A stretch of DNA of 63,280 nucleotides, the filler included, from Nemertoderma westbladi (lineage: Eukaryota; Animalia; Xenacoelomorpha), in assembly GCA_032718475.1 (NCBI GenBank). It is 3 parts of 3 records of this genome, joined end to end, with 100 filler letters (N's around TTAATTAATTAA, not from the genome) between each part and the next. Parts side by side here need not be neighbours in the genome. Positions count along the whole stretch, not along the records: positions 52,994 to 63,280 come from JAUCBJ010001115.1; 2 more parts are not named here. One strand, 5' to 3'. The notes beneath the pieces were generated by a model that worked only from the letters and a program-made list of their open reading frames with translations, searched no databases and was not told the origin of the DNA. How positions within the stretch are numbered: the first letter of the stretch is position 1; each line of letters opens with the position of its first letter. Shown here piece by piece: positions 60,042-63,280 of this stretch. Made by a program: the position numbers and the translations under genes.

Positions 60042-61600
60042 CTGCGAGGTATACAGCTCATTCAACCTAATTGGTTCGGACCACAGAATTGTGACTGCAT
60101 TGATCAGACTCAGTTTGAGAGCCAGCAAACCCAGGACAAGCAAGCAAATCAACTATGACTGGGAGAAACTCAGAACTGACAATGCAGTAAAGGATGCTTA
60201 CACAGTAGAAGTTCAAAACCGCTTTGAAGCACTTCAGTCAATGGATGAAGACCAATCCACCGATTCAATATACCAGAATATAATAACAGCCCACAAGGAA
60301 TCAGCTAAGAGGCATATCCCCCAGAAACCCAAACGAAAACAATATGTGCCATGGCAAAACTCTGAGGTTACTTGTAAGAGAGAAGATCTTAAGATAGCCT
60401 ACAAAGTTAAAACCGAACAACCAACAACCGAAAACATTAACAAGGTTGAGAAAGCTAAGGATGATCTTAAATTGGCCTACAACATCACCCAGGAAAAGTA
60501 CATACAGGATAAAATTGAAGCAATTACAACTGCTCACATACAGCAACAGTCAAGACTTACCTGGCAAACTGTAAATGAGGTATCTGGTCGGAAAAGTTGT
60601 GCAAAGGGGCGCCTCAAAGCCGATAGTCCTGAAGAACGTGTTGGGAAGTGGATAGAGGTCAGCCCTACAGGGAAAATATATGAAAAGACACTACCTATAA
60701 AAACAGGGGACTTCACACCTGCCGAACTCCAAAGAAGCATTAAAAGCATCTCCAATAATAAAGCGAGTGGATCTCTAATACGCTAGCAGATGCACAGCTT
60801 CATCTAAATAAAGTGGAGAGGGCTGCTAAGGAGGTTGGATTGCATACAAATGCTTCCAAGACCGAATTCATGATTTTTAATGTTGAATTTTAATGTTTAA
60901 TGTTGATTTTTAATTTAAACTTGACAACCATTGATAATAATCAACTAAGGAAGGTCGAATGGCTTCCAGTACCTTGGATCATGGATAGAGAGTAGCAAAA
61001 AGGACATAGAAGTTAGGAAAGCAAAGGCTTGGGTAGCTCTATCAAAAATGGATACCATCTGGAAATCAGATCTCTCCAGGCACCTGAAGACTAAGTTCTT
61101 TCGAGCCACAGTGGAAAGTGTATTTTTATACGGGGGTGAGACCTGGACACTGACTAAATCACTTGAACAACGAATTGATGGTTGCTACACAAGACTACTA
61201 AGGGCAGCTCTAAACATCAGCTGGAGACAACACATGATAAACGCCGAGCTTTATGGTACAATACCACCTGTATCAACCACCCTCCGTGAACGCAGATTAA
61301 GATTCAGTGGGCACTGCTGGCGAAGTAAAGACGAGGTCATACCAGATCTACTTCTCTGGCAACCAACTCATGGAAAGCGTAGTCGTGGACGACCGGCCAT
61401 AACATATATAGATCAACTTGAAAGGGATACTGAACTTGGGAGAAACGAAATTGCGACAACTATGGAGAATCGGGAAGCCTGGAAGGATCTCATTTCCACT
61501 GTCCGAGTTCGCTCGACTTAGTAGTAGTAGTAGTAGAATCGGGAAGCCTGGAAGGATCTCATTTCCACTGTCCGATTTCGCTCGACCTAGTAGTAGTAGT
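60042..61600 (+). mobile_element. RTE family 2 copy, internally deleted (junction about 60770), intronic, with duplicated 3' end
   Basis: Near-identical to the reverse complement of 48690-51480 except for the missing RT core; two (TAG)n tails. Confidence 0.92.
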
Positions 61601-61698
61601 ATAGAGTAACAACAGTCTATACTAACTTACCGACCTTCTACAGTATACTCTAACAGTATACTGTATACTTAGTACATTTTTTCATGGGATTTAAACCA

Positions 61699-61797
61699 AC
61701 AATATTTATTCACTACTACTACTAGGATCGGCATGCTGTATTGCAGCTGCATTTTTGCAGCATGCCGATCCTAGTAGTAGTAGTGAATAAATATTGT
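61699..61797. repeat. Perfect 40-bp-arm inverted repeat derived from the RTE family 1 3' end
   Basis: ACAATATTTATTCACTACTACTACTAGGATCGGCATGCTG - 19-nt spacer - exact reverse complement. Confidence 0.9.
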
Positions 61798-61845
61798 AAT
61801 ATAATAAATGAATGTAATATAATAAATAATTCTATTTATTCACAG

Positions 61846-62055
61846 ATAACGAGGAAGTTATTTTAAACCCTGATTGCCCTATCGTCATCCTACTCAGCAG
61901 TATTAAACGAATATGTGGCGTTAATGATACGGACCTAGATCTCGCTGACACTAGTGGGAACATTAAACATCTGGTTGAACTCAAACACGACATGAGAAAA
62001 TACGCCTCAGAAGTTCTTACTGAGAGAGAAGTCTTAATTCCTTTAAAATTAGAAA
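61846..62055 (+). CDS. Exon 2 of a CXorf65/C22orf15-like gene
   Basis: TTCACAG acceptor, phase 1; NNEEVILNPDCPIVILLSSIKRICGVNDTDLDLADTSGNIKHLVELKHDMRKYASEVLTEREVLIPLKLE; A|GTTAGT donor; missed by the ORF track. Confidence 0.75.
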
Positions 62056-62068
62056 GTTAGTAAAAAGC

Positions 62069-62421
62069 TAGAAAGCCAATATGCTGGCTTTAAACGAACC
62101 TGCCCCTCAAACCAGTACCCTGAGTAAGCGAAAATGAAAACACGAAAATTGCCATCAACTCAACGATAGAAACACCAGCTGCTGGTACTCATGAGCTAGT
62201 ATGCTACTATTATTTATTGAATGGATAGGCCCAAACTGCATAGAATTATAATACTTGAGATTGTAATGTATTACACCACCAGCTTAATAGCTCTTCCCAG
62301 TGAATCCTATGGGAATATCTATCAGGTTACTACTCACTGCTATCGATATGATATATCGTCCCAACTACACTACGTTTGTCTATGGACGGTCTCCTTATAG
62401 CCAGCTTGCTGGCTTTTCTAG
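62069..62421. mobile_element. Possible short MITE
   Basis: Imperfect inverted ends TAGAAAGCCAATATGCTGGC / GCCAGCTTGCTGGCTTTTCTA. Confidence 0.35.
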
Positions 62422-63280
62422 TTAAATCATATTATTATACAACCAATAATTTAATCTTTTAGACGAATTTGTGCGTTTTTTTTTGCCGGACTAATAAATT
62501 TTGGCGAAGTTTTATGGGAGATTAGCGATATTTTAAAAGATTCTGAGGCTAAAATATATTGCTCAGATGACTGAATAGCACAAATAAAAAAGTTGGTGCA
62601 AATTCGACGAGTTGAAATCGGTGAAATTGGAGTTTAGATTTTCAAAACCGCTATTTTTCGGTGACCCCGTGGTCGAAACGCCACAAAAAATATTCATTAT
62701 TTTGCGCAACCAAAATTCATGTTGAGTTTGGTTTACAAAATATGCATACCAGCTTGAGTTTTTGAGACATTGGATGGTTATACATACACACACACACATA
62801 CACCAACACACATCGTATTATTGAACGGCTCAACTATGACAACTAATTACCCTGGCCTATTAATAGGCAGGTTCGTTATTATTATTTTATTCGCTATATT
62901 CTTAAATTATCATTGTTCTATAGATATTACCATAAACAATGTTAAAAACAGTAGAATGACATTCTCACATGTTTCGTGTAGAATTATTTCACTAGAGTAT
63001 ATAATGAATCGAATATTAATTGGAGAGTTACCGTAGTAGTGTTTGTACCCTCAACTACATTGAATAGAAAAACCATTGAAATCGAGTACAAATATACAGT
63101 AGGCATACATACAGGTACCCAAGTGTTCGCGCTTTTAGACCTTTAACACGTTCGTGAGGACGAGGCCCAGTTATGAGATACAAATTAAAATTGAGCGACT
63201 GTATCACAAAATCAGGTTTTGAGAGATTTACCCACACCACCAATCATTCAATAAAGGGGGACGGACAGTACGTGTTCACC

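Overview
AT-rich, repeat-dense genomic DNA from an invertebrate animal. It is three contigs (about 1-28261, 28362-52893 and 52994-63280) joined by artificial 100-nt N44-TTAATTAATTAA-N44 spacers. Three host genes are visible. (1) A spliced + strand gene whose phase-compatible exons encode a signal peptide, a six-Cys C-type-lectin-like domain and the start of a nicotinic-type Cys-loop receptor extracellular domain (3698-18756; the rest is not found in this contig). (2) An intronless UVRAG (- strand, 29159-31687). (3) The first two exons of a CXorf65/C22orf15-like gene (59411-62055). The remainder is mostly transposon and satellite DNA. It includes a nearly intact L2/CR1-group LINE with an in-frame Gly-rich repeat in ORF2, many fragments of two RTE-type LINE families, and a rearranged BEL/Pao LTR retrotransposon. 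That retrotransposon carries an extra ORF with a WRN/EXD-like DEDDy 3'-5' exonuclease and three CCHC knuckles. Also present are an IS3EU-like transposase remnant, a CRE-like 3' end, several TIR/TSD-bounded MITEs, and satellites of 19, 19, 21, 23, 30/36 and 68 bp. The two strongest candidates for novel biology are the lectin-Cys-loop receptor fusion and the exonuclease/zinc-knuckle cargo ORF of the BEL element. All calls are by-eye motif recognition; no database searches were run.
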